Assembly (NCBI GenBank): GCA_965218975.1
Contig: OZ244717.1
Location: 864,001-928,000, forward strand
Source: Candidatus Oxydemutatoraceae bacterium
GTDB lineage: Bacteria > Pseudomonadota > Gammaproteobacteria > Poriferisulfidales > Oxydemutatoraceae
Direction of reading: 5' to 3'
Length of the DNA: 64,000 nt
Part shown: piece by piece, positions 1-9,747 of the stretch
Numbering within the stretch: the first letter of the stretch is position 1
How the letters are laid out: every line of letters starts with the position of its first letter
Made by a program: the position numbers and the translations under genes
The notes under the pieces: generated by a model
What the model saw: the letters and a program-made list of their open reading frames with translations, nothing else
What the model was told of the DNA's origin: nothing
Databases searched by the model: none

Positions 1-729
1 CGTTTCACGCGGATCTTCCTGAGATTTATCGCGCATCTCGGTAATTTCGGAATGACGGAATAGCGCATTTTCATCAAAATTAATTTTGGCATCCAAAGCG
101 ATCAGACGATTGTCTGAAGTCACAACCAAAGGATTAATTTCAACCAGACTTGCATCATAATCTCTCATCACGTTGTAGCAACCGATGCAAGTCACCGTCG
201 CTTGCCGTACCATATCGCTGGGCAAGTTCAGAGCAAAAGCGATTTCGCGCGCTTGAAACTCACGCAAACCGACTGCCGGGTCAATTGAAATTCGGGTAAT
301 TGCCGCCGGATTTTCAATGGTAAGCTGTTCGATTTCCACACCGCCTTCCGACGATGCGATTGCAACCACACGTTCGCTGGCACGGTCGAGGATCAATGCA
401 AGGTAAAGTTCTCGATCAATTTCACTCGCAGCTTCAATGTAGATTTTCTCAACTTTTTTGCCCTGTTTGTCGGTTTGATGGGTGACTAGGTAACTATCTA
501 ACAGTTTGTTAGCGGCTTTGGCAACTTCTTGATCGTTATTGCATAGGATAATGCCGCCGGCTTTGCCACGTGCGCCAGCATGAATTTGCGCTTTAACGAC
601 GCATTTCTCACAAGCGAGATTGCGATAGCAAATCACTGCTTGTTCGGGGCTGAATGCGATTTTTCCCGCTGCGGTATGAATACCGTAATGCCTCAGCAGT
701 TCTTTTGCTTGATATTCGTGTATGTCCAA
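1..729 (-). CDS. mtkA: Malate-CoA ligase (malate thiokinase) beta subunit, SucC family; partial, runs off window start
   Basis: Manual translation from TTG at 729: MDIHEYQAKELLRHYGI...VVKAQIHAGARGKAGGI; lies directly downstream of sgaA-mcl, which favours mtkA over sucC. Confidence 0.85.
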   Translation of the reverse strand, partial: MDIHEYQAKELLRHYGIHTAAGKIAFSPEQAVICYRNLACEKCVVKAQIHAGARGKAGGIILCNNDQEVAKAANKLLDSYLVTHQTDKQGKKVEKIYIEAASEIDRELYLALILDRASERVVAIASSEGGVEIEQLTIENPAAITRISIDPAVGLREFQAREIAFALNLPSDMVRQATVTCIGCYNVMRDYDASLVEINPLVVTSDNRLIALDAKINFDENALFRHSEITEMRDKSQEDPRET

Positions 730-748
730 AGCGATGTCTCCGGGTTAT

Positions 749-1696
749 TCATTGGTTTTTTTCCGCAATGGCTTTTGCCATGCGCACTACATTTTCCGCC
801 ATGCGTGCCGAGGCGGCATCAATCATTTTACCGTCTAATGATGCGGCGCCGCGACCTTCGCGCGCGGCTTTGTCCAACTCTTCAAGAATTTGTTGCGCGC
901 GTTGAATTTCAGCTGCCGGCGGGGAGAATACTTTATTGGCAAGCTCCAGTTGTGACGGGTGAATTGCCCATTTCCCCTCAATGCCGAGAGCAGCGGCGCG
1001 TCGCGCTGCGGCTTTGTAGCCTTCAGGATCTTTGAAATCGCCAAACGGACCGTCTATCGGGCGCAAACCGTAAGCACGACAGGCGACGGTCATGCGGCTG
1101 ATGGCAAAATGCCACTGATCGCCGGGATAATCAGGATTTAAGCCGCCGATATTAACAGTACGGGCGCGGTTGCTTGCTGCGTAGTCGGCGACGCCGAAGT
1201 GCAATGCTTCAAGTCTGTTACCGGGCGCAGCAGCGATACTTTCCACATTTGCCATACCAAGCGCGGTTTCGATCAGCGCTTCGAGTCCTATTTTATGCCG
1301 AATGCCGCAAGCAGTTTCAATTTGTGAGACCATCATGCTCACAGCATAAATATCTTCTACGACACCAACCTTAGGAATGAGAATTGTGTCTAGTTTCCCT
1401 CCCGCTTGTTCGACAATATCTACCACATCGCGGTACATGTAGTGAGTATCGAGTCCGTTAATGCGTACCGAGATAGTTTTGCCGGCGGCTTTCCAATCAA
1501 GGTCGTTGAGTGCCGCAATAGCATTTTTGCGTGCCTGAACTTTATCGTCGGGGGCAACAGCATCTTCAAGGTCAAGAAAAACGAAATCGGCGGGCGCGTT
1601 GAGCGCTTTTTCAATCATATTCTGGTTTGAACCGGGTACGGCAAGTTCGCTTCGTTGTAAGCGTGTCTGCACCTGCGGGTACTGTGTATGGCTCAT
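749..1696 (-). CDS. mcl: L-malyl-CoA/beta-methylmalyl-CoA lyase (CitE/HpcH family)
   Basis: RLQRSELAVPGSN, FLDLEDAVAPDDK, VRINGLDT, LHFGVADYAAS, GKWAIHPSQ motifs; serine-cycle context. Confidence 0.92.
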   Translation of the reverse strand: MSHTQYPQVQTRLQRSELAVPGSNQNMIEKALNAPADFVFLDLEDAVAPDDKVQARKNAIAALNDLDWKAAGKTISVRINGLDTHYMYRDVVDIVEQAGGKLDTILIPKVGVVEDIYAVSMMVSQIETACGIRHKIGLEALIETALGMANVESIAAAPGNRLEALHFGVADYAASNRARTVNIGGLNPDYPGDQWHFAISRMTVACRAYGLRPIDGPFGDFKDPEGYKAAARRAAALGIEGKWAIHPSQLELANKVFSPPAAEIQRAQQILEELDKAAREGRGAASLDGKMIDAASARMAENVVRMAKAIAEKNQ

Positions 1697-1737
1697 CGTA
1701 TTTTCTCTCTTTTATGGGTGTGCGAGTTGGCGGCAGG

Positions 1738-3006
1738 TTATTTTTTCTTTTTTGCTGAATTTTTCTTAACGCTCTTTCTCTTAGCGGATTTTTTTACTTT
1801 AATTATTTTTCCGGAAGAGAGTTTCACCGGAAACTTTGGCGCGGTTTTACGAAAATATTCAATTGCGGCGCCCACTCCCGAACCTGCGGCCACATGCAAA
1901 CCTGCGTCGCGCATTGCCATCTCTGTGGTTGCCAATACCCCCAGAATTGAGGCTTCATTGTTCTCGCCCAAGTGTCCGATACGAAACGCTTTTCCGGCGA
2001 GTTGCGACAGTCCGGCGCCTAGGGATAGGTTGTAGCGGTAATAAGCAATTTCAATGACATCACGTGCATCGCAATCAGGGGGGACCCGAATCGCCGATAC
2101 GGTGTCCGAATGAAATTCGGGCTTTGTAGCCACTAGTTTCAAGCCCCATGCTTTTATCGCCTTACGCACGCCTTCTGCTAACCGGTAATGGCGTTTGAAT
2201 ACGTTTTCCAGGCCTTCTTCCTCAAGCAGCAGATCAAGTGACCGGCGCAAGCCATGGAGTAAAGGAATGGATGGCGTGTAAGGGAAGAAACCGTCTTTAT
2301 TCGTATTGATGTGGTCTTGCAAATCCAGAAAGCAACGGGCGCATCGCGCACGGCGCATTGCTCGCTTTGCTTTCGGGCTGATACAAACGACTGCCAAACC
2401 TGCGGGCAGCATCAAGCCTTTTTGCGAACCGCTCAATGCAACGTCAACCCCCCATTCGTCCATGCGAAAATCAATACTTGCGATCGAACTAACACCGTCG
2501 ACATAAAGCATTGCCGGATGCTTAACCGAGTCCAGAACTTTGCGTACGCCGGGTAGATCGCTGGTCACACCCGTTGCAGTTTCATTGTGACAGAACATGA
2601 CGCCTTTGATTTTATGCTGCGTATCTTGCTCTAGCCGTCGTTTCAGCTTATTTAATGGGAACCCTTGCCCCCACGGCGTTTCAAAGAATTCAACATCAAG
2701 ACCGATGCGTTGCGCCAAGTCAATCCATAAATGGCTAAATTGTCCGTATCGTGCGCTAATTACCTTATCACCGGGAGACAATGTGTTAGCCAATGCGACT
2801 TCCCAACCGGCGGTGCCGGTAGCGGGAAAAATGAACGATTGCCCTTTGGTGGTTTTGAATACACGGTTCAAGTCCCTGAACAAAGGTTTGGTCAATTTTT
2901 CAAAGTCGGGTCCGCGATGGTCTTCCTGCGGTACCCGCATGGCGTTATCAACTGAAACCGGTAAGTTTGTCGGTCCGGGTACAAATAGGAGATTTCGTCC
3001 TGGCAT
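1738..3006 (-). CDS. sgaA: Serine-glyoxylate aminotransferase (class V PLP) with Lys-rich C-terminal tail
   Basis: MPGRNLLFVPGPTN, HNETATGV, VDGVSS, SGSQKGLMLP, FPYTP, FRIGHLG. Confidence 0.92.
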   Translation of the reverse strand: MPGRNLLFVPGPTNLPVSVDNAMRVPQEDHRGPDFEKLTKPLFRDLNRVFKTTKGQSFIFPATGTAGWEVALANTLSPGDKVISARYGQFSHLWIDLAQRIGLDVEFFETPWGQGFPLNKLKRRLEQDTQHKIKGVMFCHNETATGVTSDLPGVRKVLDSVKHPAMLYVDGVSSIASIDFRMDEWGVDVALSGSQKGLMLPAGLAVVCISPKAKRAMRRARCARCFLDLQDHINTNKDGFFPYTPSIPLLHGLRRSLDLLLEEEGLENVFKRHYRLAEGVRKAIKAWGLKLVATKPEFHSDTVSAIRVPPDCDARDVIEIAYYRYNLSLGAGLSQLAGKAFRIGHLGENNEASILGVLATTEMAMRDAGLHVAAGSGVGAAIEYFRKTAPKFPVKLSSGKIIKVKKSAKRKSVKKNSAKKKK

Positions 3007-4104
3007 GGTGATTCCTCTTTTGGTCTTTTGGTATTGTATTGAACGATGTTTTTTTATTTAGTAAATCAGCGTTATGCAACGCGATGAAACAGTTATTATG
3101 CCAAAGATAAAGAATATGGACAACAAGCTGTGTGCTGTATCGGCAAATTTCACTATGATCGAGGGATGAGATAGACCTCGGCAATTGGCTGCGCGGACCA
3201 GGCAAAATCTCTAAATCTGAGCATCAATCTGAGCATAGAACTTCTTGATCAATTGCCGTGCAATAGATTATATTTAAGCTGCGTTGCAACTGGAATAAAA
3301 GTACAAATTCTTATGCAAATTATTTTACCGGAACATTTCCCAAAGACCTTTGGCATTTTTGTCTCGCTTTATATCATGCGAAGTTGCCCGGCAGTTTCGT
3401 TACTATGTTAATATAAATCATAGGATAAATCACAGGGATGGCGGTACTAAAACCAGCCTGTTATCAGACGCACTAGAACAGTCGTATGTGATGATTGGTT
3501 GTATATTTGTATGAATAGCAATACTAAATATTTTCAGATCGGTTTTAGCAACTGCGGTACAAATGCCCTTACTCAGTTTTTCAGCTGCAGTGGGATTCCA
3601 GCAATTCACTACCAAAAGGGCTGTTGGCCCGTGCAATAGAAAATAACTTGCGATCGGGGTGTCCTGTCCTGCGTTGGCAGGGTACGACGAAAAATACGAT
3701 GCATTCTTTGACATGCTCTATGTGGAGCAAACCGGATATTTTCTTGCATTTATGCATTACAGGCGGATGATGCAGGACTATCCTAACTCTAAATTTATAT
3801 TGAATACAACGTAGTTGGGGTAAATGGTTGCGCAGTACGTCGGATTGGGTAACGGATGCAGAGAGATGGATAAGGTATAAGCCGCACTTTGAACGTCAAT
3901 TCGGCACATCCGATATCAAAATAGTCTCCAAACACCTAAGAAAAGAGTGGGACGAGCATCACAAAGATGTAATGGCAAGCGTCCCGCCGGATAGATTGTT
4001 GGTTTTCAATATTGAGTCGGATCCTCCGGAAAAATTATGCAGGTTCGTCGGTCTTCCGGACTCATGCGCGATTAATTTCACTAAGAAAAACGTGTCTGAA
4101 CATG

Positions 4105-4171
4105 ATACCGCAATTGGAAGATTAGTATGGGTCTACCATCCGAAAATTATTTCGCGAGTATTGCCTGATTT
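4105..4171 (+). repeat. 67-bp target-site duplication, left copy (right copy 6084-6150)
   Basis: ATACCGCAATTGGAAG...TTGCCTGATTT is identical on both sides of the IS. Confidence 0.95.
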
Positions 4172-6083
4172 CTTGACTTCGTAGGTTTTGACCTTTGGGC
4201 AAAAAATAAATCCTTTATTATCATAGGGTTACCCGAACGCTGCCGAAAAACCCCATTGTAGTGCCCTCAGGCTTGTTTTCACTTGGATTTTAGGTTATCA
4301 TTCGGGTCTATGTACTTGCGTGAAAAATATGATCCCGAACGCGGCCGCACTCGCTTGCAGATTGTGCGCTCCGTGCGCACTGCCGATGGTCCCCGTCAGC
4401 GTGTGGTGCGGCATATCGGCACTGCCGACAGTCCCGAGCAGCTTGCATCTTTGCGCAAGCTCGGCGAGGTCACCTTGGAAGAGCTGCGCCAAGCCGGTAC
4501 AGCACAACAGTCGCTGTTCACACCGAAGCAGTACGCGGACCTCGCAGCTGAGGCGCGGCTGGCACCACGTCTGGCGCGCTTCGGGGTAGATCTTGCCGAA
4601 TGCCGTGAGGAGATGCGGCTGATGCTTGGGGTGCGCGAGGCGTTCACGCAGATTTATTCGCACCTGGGTTGGAACCAGGTGTTGGGTGCACGGCGTACGG
4701 CAGCCAACCGCATTCTGCGCGAGCTGGTACTGGCGCGTATCGCGCAGCCGCAGAGCAAGCGCGCTACGGTGTGCGAGCTCGAACGAAGCGGCGTTTCGCT
4801 CAATCTCGACCGGGTTTACCAGACTATGGACCACCTTGAAGAGGCGGTGATTGCGCGCATCCGGGAACAGTCTCATCAGGCGGCACAGAAGTTGTATGAT
4901 CAGCCCCTCAAGGTGTTCTTCTTTGATTGCACGACCCTGTACTTCGAGAGCGAGCAAGAGGACCCGTTGCGCGCGAAAGGTTATAGTAAGGACGGCAAGC
5001 CGCACCGCTGCCAGGTGTTACTGGCACTGATGACGACCTGCGACGGTCTGCCGGTGGACTACGCACTGTTGCCGGGCAACACCTTTGAGGGCAAAACCTT
5101 GATGCAGGCAGTGACAAGTCTGCAACAGAGACATCCGGGTGCTGTATTTACAGTAGTGGCCGATGCGGCGATGCTGAGCCGTGAGAACCAGACATTCCTG
5201 CAGGAGCAGGGCTTGGCCTATGTGCTCGGCTATCGTCTCAAGTCGGCCCCGGCCAAGATCAAGCTGCAGGCGCTCAGTGCAGCAGACGATCAAGGCTGGC
5301 TCAAAACGCAGGACCTGCGTTACCGGATGATTCGCCACGAAGGCCGGCGGATCATAGTCACCTATTCACGCCGGCGCGCGCGCAAGGATCAAGAAGTTCG
5401 GGAGCGCATATTGTCACAGTTGCGCCGGAAGTATCAACGCAGCGAGCGCCCGGCAGGTTTCGTGGCGCGCGGCTATGCCTGTTACTTAAGCTTCCCCGCA
5501 AAGGGCCGGGTTAAGATTGATGCGGCCAAGGTGACCGATGCGGCGCGTTGGGACGGCCTGCGCGCAATCATCGCACACGGCAACGAGGAGATGGCGCCAA
5601 AGGAATTGCTGTCGCAGTACCGTCGGTTGTGGGAAGTAGAACATTGCTTTCGCACCAACAAGCATGACCTTTGCATCCGCCCGATCTTTCACTGGAAGCC
5701 GCGGCGTATCCAGGCACACATTGCGATCTGCTACATGGCCTTCTGCTGCTTGCAGCAGCTGCGCCGGCGGCTTAAGGCACTGGGCTTCCCGATGAGCGCG
5801 GAACGGATCCGGCGCGAGCTCGACACCTTGCAGTTGAGCATCTTGGTATGTACCGACACACAGAAGCGGTATGCGATGCCGAGCCGCGCGAGTGCGGACG
5901 CCAATAGGATCTACCGTAGTGTCGGCCTGAAATGGAACGAAGCTCCGTTCCCGCTTCCCGACAAGTCACGCCCTGGGGGAAGCTGAGCGCGGAGGGCTAC
6001 AAACAACACCGTAATGTAGTGCCCTTGAGAATCCTGAAGGCAATAATATCAATCACTTACGAGACAAAACCTACGAAGTCAAG
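4172..6083 (+). mobile_element. IS1634-family insertion sequence, copy 1 (1912 bp)
   Basis: 19-bp terminal inverted repeats CTTGACTTCGTAGGTTTTG / CAAAACCTACGAAGTCAAG; DDE transposase; flanking 67-bp direct repeat. Confidence 0.93.
4310..5986 (+). CDS. IS1634-family DDE transposase
   Basis: FFDCTTLYFE, GYSKDGK, VVADAAM, YRRLWEVEHCFR, RPIFHW; ATG at 4310 (ORF track starts at TTG 4283). Confidence 0.92.
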   Translation: MYLREKYDPERGRTRLQIVRSVRTADGPRQRVVRHIGTADSPEQLASLRKLGEVTLEELRQAGTAQQSLFTPKQYADLAAEARLAPRLARFGVDLAECREEMRLMLGVREAFTQIYSHLGWNQVLGARRTAANRILRELVLARIAQPQSKRATVCELERSGVSLNLDRVYQTMDHLEEAVIARIREQSHQAAQKLYDQPLKVFFFDCTTLYFESEQEDPLRAKGYSKDGKPHRCQVLLALMTTCDGLPVDYALLPGNTFEGKTLMQAVTSLQQRHPGAVFTVVADAAMLSRENQTFLQEQGLAYVLGYRLKSAPAKIKLQALSAADDQGWLKTQDLRYRMIRHEGRRIIVTYSRRRARKDQEVRERILSQLRRKYQRSERPAGFVARGYACYLSFPAKGRVKIDAAKVTDAARWDGLRAIIAHGNEEMAPKELLSQYRRLWEVEHCFRTNKHDLCIRPIFHWKPRRIQAHIAICYMAFCCLQQLRRRLKALGFPMSAERIRRELDTLQLSILVCTDTQKRYAMPSRASADANRIYRSVGLKWNEAPFPLPDKSRPGGS

Positions 6084-6724
6084 ATACCGCAATTGGAAGA
6101 TTAGTATGGGTCTACCATCCGAAAATTATTTCGCGAGTATTGCCTGATTTTATCAACCGTTACATCGCAAAAAGGTTAGGACTAAATCAACGTTTATGTT
6201 ATTCTCGTGACCAGTATATAAAGAAATTGCGCCGCCTAGGTATTCTCAAATAGGTGATGATATGATGCCTGAGTGACGGAAGCCGTAGTTGACAGCGTGA
6301 TTGAAAACGAGTTTCTTACGCCGCCGCCGGTGCACAAAGCGGAGGAATGCCGGGTTCGCCCCTGAGTCTTTTTAGGAAAATAAGTGATTATTTCACGCTC
6401 TTCCAAACACCCATACCAATAACATGCCGCATAGGTTTCATCGTTGTGCAGTCACTGATGAGACTCTATACTTCTTTCCGGATTCATGATGCCACTTCCA
6501 GGGCCAATAACCATAATCAGTACTATTCTATTACAACACGTTTGTCTGATCCTCCCCCATCTTTTCCTCGTCCGAATTCGAGGAGCTTCAAAACAAAAAG
6601 ATGCCGTGCGAGCGAGGCTATCATTGAAGCAAAGAGAAGCAAAGATCAAAAGCAAAATTACATAAACTAGCATCCCATACTTTAAGTATATCTAAAAAGA
6701 GGAAGTCAAATGAAGGCAATCCCT

Positions 6725-6970
6725 TTACAACTGAGTTATCAATCCGACCGCAGCAATGATGACGTTGGCAATGACAACGTTCCACCGGAGTATCTCGGCT
6801 TTTAGCTCAGCCAAATCAGTTTTTGTTACAGTATTTTCTATATGCAATTTCCCCCAATCCGCTTTCGCTGCGACCTTGTCCGTATGAGCAACCGATTTGA
6901 CGGTTCGTTCGGCAAGTTCCTTGGAAGATCCGGCTCCAACCAATGCTTTGTAAGGTGCGGTAGTACTCAT
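6725..6970 (-). CDS. Small coiled-coil protein with hydrophobic C-terminus (DUF1640/CCDC90-like)
   Basis: YKALVGAG..ELAE, TKTDLAELKAEILRW followed by a hydrophobic tail; a paralogous remnant lies at 51180-51245. Confidence 0.6.
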   Translation of the reverse strand: MSTTAPYKALVGAGSSKELAERTVKSVAHTDKVAAKADWGKLHIENTVTKTDLAELKAEILRWNVVIANVIIAAVGLITQL

Positions 6971-7105
6971 AGATCTAAATATAAACTGCTTCCGGAGGCA
7001 CCGGGATACCTTCGAATAGAAGCTATTGTTCGGTTGCTAGCTTGCTTGCCACAAAGGTTGCCGCTTCTATAAGCCTACGGATTACTTGACTCAAAATAGA
7101 ATGCG

Positions 7106-8029
7106 TCAATTATCCGATGGCGGTTGTTTGTCGGGGTGCAAATAAATGAAGCTTTTTCCCAATCGTCCGGCATAATTTCCGGCAGAAATCATGACCAAAC
7201 CGGGGGTATCTTTGGCTGCCTGAATTGCTGCTTGAGTTGCGTCAATGATGCCGGGCATATCACGTCCGTTCATGATGATTTCCATCACTGAACCGACGCC
7301 GTCGGGTAGTCCCGCTTCAACCGTCGGGTTCTCTTGTAGCAAAGGGCAAAATTTTTCATAAGTACTGGCAATAGCAAAATCGTATTTGCTGCCTGCTTTC
7401 GATCCGCTTCCTGCTATGCCGCCGGGGAAGGTAGTGATGACCCCCGGCATGGGTTCGATTGCCGCGACGCCTTTTTCCGCTGCCTCCAAAGCCGCATCAG
7501 TGTCCTTGCCGAAGAACCATAAGTTGCCTCCCATCAACCCCTCGCTCCAACCCAGGCGCCGATCCAGTATAAATTCACCGCCTAGGATCGGAATCCACCA
7601 CATTTTGCGACCATAGCGTTCGATTCGTTTCTGATAACCGTTACCAAAATAGGCGACTTTGCGCCCCATTTGGAAATAGTTTTCGGAATCAATCAGGTTA
7701 AAACAGGATGCAGTCGGGCAAGTCAGAATATTCTGGCTAATTCGTACCAGGGCCGAACGTTCCAGACGGTCGACTCGATCTTTCCAAAAACGCGGGATGT
7801 GTAATTGCACGATCGCGCCGGGTCGTCCGTCGGGTGTTGCGAAGTCGTCGTTCGTTCCGACATAGCGATCCGCACCTGCTTCGCAGTCGCATAAAATTGT
7901 GCTCGAACCATTGCCGGCACAGGCTTGTACCGCATGATCAACCCATTTACGGTTTTTTGCGGTAATCAGAAATTCGACATAAATGCTCTTGAACGCTTCG
8001 GCATAAGTATCGTCAATGATGGCGCTCAT
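7106..8029 (-). CDS. fhcD: Formylmethanofuran-tetrahydromethanopterin N-formyltransferase-like protein (Ftr/FhcD family)
   Basis: IDDTYAEAF, CDCEAG, TPDGRPG, LTCPTA, MGGNL, GSGSKAGSKY, ISAGNYAGRLG; ATG 8029 lies 2 bp after the upstream stop. Confidence 0.85.
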   Translation of the reverse strand: MSAIIDDTYAEAFKSIYVEFLITAKNRKWVDHAVQACAGNGSSTILCDCEAGADRYVGTNDDFATPDGRPGAIVQLHIPRFWKDRVDRLERSALVRISQNILTCPTASCFNLIDSENYFQMGRKVAYFGNGYQKRIERYGRKMWWIPILGGEFILDRRLGWSEGLMGGNLWFFGKDTDAALEAAEKGVAAIEPMPGVITTFPGGIAGSGSKAGSKYDFAIASTYEKFCPLLQENPTVEAGLPDGVGSVMEIIMNGRDMPGIIDATQAAIQAAKDTPGLVMISAGNYAGRLGKSFIYLHPDKQPPSDN

Positions 8030-8030
8030 G

Positions 8031-8663
8031 TTAATTTCTTCCTTTTCCGTTATAAATCTGTTTTTCGGTAATGACTTTATCCATAAAAATATCGTGAGGA
8101 CCGACCAAGATTTCATCGAATAATTGTGCTTCGTAACATATAGCGATCAACGGGCAATCGGGACGTACTTTTTCCAGCAGTCGATCGTAATAGCCTTGTC
8201 CGTTGCCCATGCGTCCCCCATTCCTATCAAAGCCGACGCCCGGAACCATCACAATATCAAGATCTTCCGGATTGACTTCTTTTTTGGGGTCTCCCCATTT
8301 GTCGCGCGGCGGTTCCAAAATATTCCATTTGCCCACAATCAGCTCATTAAAGTTGTCCAATCGCCATAGTCCCAATTTATTGTCGCCTTTTTCATCCACA
8401 GTACAGTACGGCACGACGATGTATTTCTCTCCTTTTGCGATTTCCTTTTCAAGATAGGATTGGGTGCGAGCTTCCGAGCGGCAATCAATATACCAAATTG
8501 CGGTTTTGGCTTTCTGATACTCGGGCAAGCGGATGAAAGCATTGCAAATAACGGCACTGATTTCATCTTTGTTTTCTTGTGCCGCACGCGCATCATATGC
8601 TTGGCGGCGCATCTTGTTTTTGCGTTCTGTTAACTTTTTAAGTTCTTCCGGCGTCAATGACAT
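8031..8663 (-). CDS. 5-formyltetrahydrofolate cyclo-ligase
   Basis: DIVMVPGVGFDRNGGRMGNGQGYYDRLL, PHDIFMDKVITE; GAGGAG ribosome-binding site before ATG 8663. Confidence 0.9.
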   Translation of the reverse strand: MSLTPEELKKLTERKNKMRRQAYDARAAQENKDEISAVICNAFIRLPEYQKAKTAIWYIDCRSEARTQSYLEKEIAKGEKYIVVPYCTVDEKGDNKLGLWRLDNFNELIVGKWNILEPPRDKWGDPKKEVNPEDLDIVMVPGVGFDRNGGRMGNGQGYYDRLLEKVRPDCPLIAICYEAQLFDEILVGPHDIFMDKVITEKQIYNGKGRN

Positions 8664-8856
8664 AGAGTATCTCCTCATGAATTATGGATGCAAAAAATTG
8701 GATATTGGTTAGCACATTGTATGCCCATGGGGCAGCGAAAGACTGCGATTGTATGTTACCCTGAGGGCAGGAGCAAAGTCTACTGTGGGCAATTAGACGA
8801 ATCGTTCAAATCTGCTAGCCTTCGTCTCTAACTCAAGACAATCTGAGAGAAAAATT

Positions 8857-9747
8857 TTGTTTATCGCTAGGAAATTTATTCAAATACATACTCCGAAGAC
8901 CGGTGGAACTTTTGTTATGAAATGTCTCTCCAAAGTCTATCGGCGGGAGCGAAGGGCTCTAATATGTCTCCATAAGCTGCGGCTTATGATATCGAAATTT
9001 TTTGCGCTAAAGCCGGGTTTTCAGTCACGTTTTCCGGCGGAGACAAAGTTTTCCATCTTAAGAGGTATTGCAGTATCTATGGAGAGTATACGTTTCCTTT
9101 ACGTATTTCCACATTCAGGTATTAGCAACATCCCTAACTTTTTTCTGTATACCAACGGTTCTCCTAAACTGATTTTATATACGGTACGAAATCCCTTTGT
9201 CTGGCCGGTATCGGCGTATTTCTTTAAGATGAAGGTGAGAATGAAGAAGAAAAAGAAGTACTCGGGTCCTTTGACATTTAAGGATGCTCTAAAGTGGCAA
9301 AACGAGATTAAGGTTCCGGCGCTTTTTAAGCTTTATTTTCCGAATATGGCTCTAAAACACAATATCGGGTTGTACGCAATAAATGTGGTCTATAATTTGT
9401 TTCCTAATCCGCGAGAGATTATGGGATTGCCCCGCGATCAATTTACTGATTTTTTTCAAAACGGCGGCTACAAAGATTGGTTCAAACGCGTACGCTTTAT
9501 CCATACGGAAGACTTGCGCCAAGAACTATATCTATTTTTGCTAAGCATCGGTCACTCCAAAGAACAAATCGAATTTATTCGGCCGAGCAAGCGCGTAAAC
9601 GTCACTCGGTTGAGCAAGATGAATTGACGCGATTTATATGATGACGAGCTAATGCGCTATGTATATCGCAAAAGCTGGATATTGTTTGAGATGTTTCCGG
9701 AGTATCGGTCCGAATTGAAAGATCCGGATGTTTCCATCACTGCTTAG
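8857..9747 (+). pseudogene. Sulfotransferase family-2-like gene with an in-frame TGA at 9625-9627
   Basis: FIQIHTPKTGGT and VRNPF.W.VS.Y PAPS-binding motifs; after the TGA the same frame continues RDLYDDELMRYVYRKSWILFEMFPEY to TAG 9747. Confidence 0.7.

Larger units (their letters stand above)
3511..6253 (+). pseudogene. Sulfotransferase-family pseudogene with three frameshifts, interrupted near its 3' end by IS1634
   Basis: Pieces in shifting frames: MNSNTKYFQIGFSNCGTNALTQFF / LAGYDEKYDAFFDM...YPNSKFILNT / WLRS...WDEHHKDVMASVPPDRLLVFNIESD; the frame resumes after the IS and ends at TAG 6251-6253. Confidence 0.75.

Noticed and set aside
9625-9627. TGA recoding (alternative genetic code or selenocysteine) suggested by in-frame TGAs here and in ybgC
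   Set aside because: TGA terminates many intact genes (hda, tldD, trpD), and the two sites correspond to different expected residues (Trp, Arg). Point mutation is the simpler explanation.
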